From Kutzneria kofuensis (GTDB taxonomy: Bacteria > Actinomycetota > Actinomycetes > Mycobacteriales > Pseudonocardiaceae), in assembly GCF_014203355.1 (NCBI RefSeq), contig NZ_JACHIR010000001.1, positions 1,280,038 to 1,304,037 of the forward strand: 24,000 bases of DNA, written 5' to 3'. Shown one piece after another: positions 23,025 through 24,000 of this stretch; position 1 is the stretch's first letter; each line of letters opens with the position of its first letter. Below the pieces are notes generated by a model. That model saw only the letters and a program-made list of their open reading frames with translations. It was not told the origin of the DNA and searched no databases. The translations under genes and the position numbers were made by a program.

Positions 23025-24000
23025 CTACCCGGTCAATTCACGCAGCTCAGGACGGTGTTGCGGCCAGCACGAGGCCAGCGCCGGGAGCAGGGCGATGGAA
23101 GTGTCAACGGCACGGGCGAAGACAGGCAGGGACAGGCGCTCGTCGGGGGCGTGCATGCGGTTGTCGGGGACGGCGAAGCCGAGCAGCAACACCGGGATGT
23201 CACGGGCGGTGAGGAGGCCGGCGGCGGCGATGCCGCCGCCGGAGGTCCGGAACACGGGCTCGTGGCCGAAGCCGTGCCGGCAGGCGGCGCGGGCGGCGTC
23301 GATGGCCCAGTCGACACGGGGCACCGTGACCGGGGGTCGGGCCATGATCACCTGGACGGATGCGCCTTCGACCGACGCGACCGAGCGCCGAACCGAGCGG
23401 ATCACGGCATCGGGACTCACCCCCGGGGACACGCGGAACTCCAAGCGAGCAAACGCTTGCGAGGCGAGCACGCCGTCGCCACGACCGGCCCGCAGCCGGG
23501 AGATGGTCATCGAGGTGCCGGGAACGTCCAGCGCGGCAATGAGCCGGCTCAACTCCACGCCGGGATCCGGCACGAGACCGCCGTAGGTGCCGGAATGCAG
23601 ATCGGCGCCGGGGCGGCGAACGGTGATCCCCAGCCGCACCACGCCCCGCAGCGAAACCGTCAGCGCCGGCACCGAGGGGCTGTGCATGGCGGTGTCGCTG
23701 ATCACGGCCACGTCCGCCCGGCCGAGGAAATCCGCCAGGTGCGGGCTGCCGATCTCCTCCTCGCCGTCCAAGAGAAACCGCACGTTCACGGGCAGCGTGC
23801 CGGCGCCACGAAGCCAGCTCTCCACGGCCGCCACATGCGCGAGCAGCTGGCCCTTGTCGTCGGAAACCCCGCGCCCGTAGAGCAATCCATTGTGGACAAC
23901 GGGACGGAACGGCGGCGTCCGCCACTGCCGGCGGTCACCGGCGGGGCGGACGTCGTAGTGCCCGTACAGCAGCACGGTCGGCCGGTCGGGACGCGTTCCC
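23025..24000 (-). CDS. M20-family metallopeptidase/dipeptidase (ArgE/DapE/CPG2-like). The N-terminus lies beyond the window end.
   Basis: YGHYDVRPAGDRRQWRTPPF...GRGVSDDKGQ metal-binding and catalytic motifs. The ORF is open to position 24000. Stop TAG at 23027-23025. Confidence 0.85.
   Translation of the reverse strand, partial: GTRPDRPTVLLYGHYDVRPAGDRRQWRTPPFRPVVHNGLLYGRGVSDDKGQLLAHVAAVESWLRGAGTLPVNVRFLLDGEEEIGSPHLADFLGRADVAVISDTAMHSPSVPALTVSLRGVVRLGITVRRPGADLHSGTYGGLVPDPGVELSRLIAALDVPGTSMTISRLRAGRGDGVLASQAFARLEFRVSPGVSPDAVIRSVRRSVASVEGASVQVIMARPPVTVPRVDWAIDAARAACRHGFGHEPVFRTSGGGIAAAGLLTARDIPVLLLGFAVPDNRMHAPDERLSLPVFARAVDTSIALLPALASCWPQHRPELRELTG

Noticed and set aside
1-24000. A search by eye for CRISPR arrays, tRNA or rRNA genes, transposase or integrase genes and terminal inverted repeats.
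   Set aside because: I found no repeat-spacer periodicity, no recognisable RNA genes and no recombinase-like ORF, and the window is almost fully occupied by the listed CDS.

Overview
High-GC actinomycete-type chromosomal window, densely coding on both strands. I call 15 CDS, three perfect hairpin terminators between convergent genes and a few candidate operators. I saw no rRNA, tRNA, CRISPR array or mobile element. All family assignments come from motifs read in the translations; no homology search was possible. Left to right: a membrane protein; a two-gene minus-strand operon in which a UGT-like GT1 glycosyltransferase (6590-7768) is coupled by an ATGA overlap to a 1923-aa single-module type I PKS (822-6593, KS-AT-DH-KR-ACP-TE); a divergent monocistronic 169-aa orphan gene (8105-8614) with a deaminase-fold-like PCxxC signature but no canonical HxE; a secreted S53 (sedolisin) peptidase plus DUF4232-like operon; a TetR regulator divergent from a P450-SDR-EthA-like BVMO operon, with two tandem 18-bp palindromic operators; a MocR/GntR-aminotransferase regulator divergent from an MFS transporter; a 1345-aa secreted GH35 beta-galactosidase with C-terminal NEW3 and NPCBM modules; a PNPOx-family protein; a SnoaL/NTF2-like protein; and a 5'-truncated M20 peptidase. 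The best candidates for something undescribed are the self-contained GT plus stand-alone PKS-TE module, which has no loading module or partner module within at least 16 kb upstream, and the adjacent orphan deaminase-like protein. A third oddity is a coding-like stretch (30 consecutive G/C-ending codons) upstream of, and in frame with, the PNPOx ORF but separated from it by a TGA.
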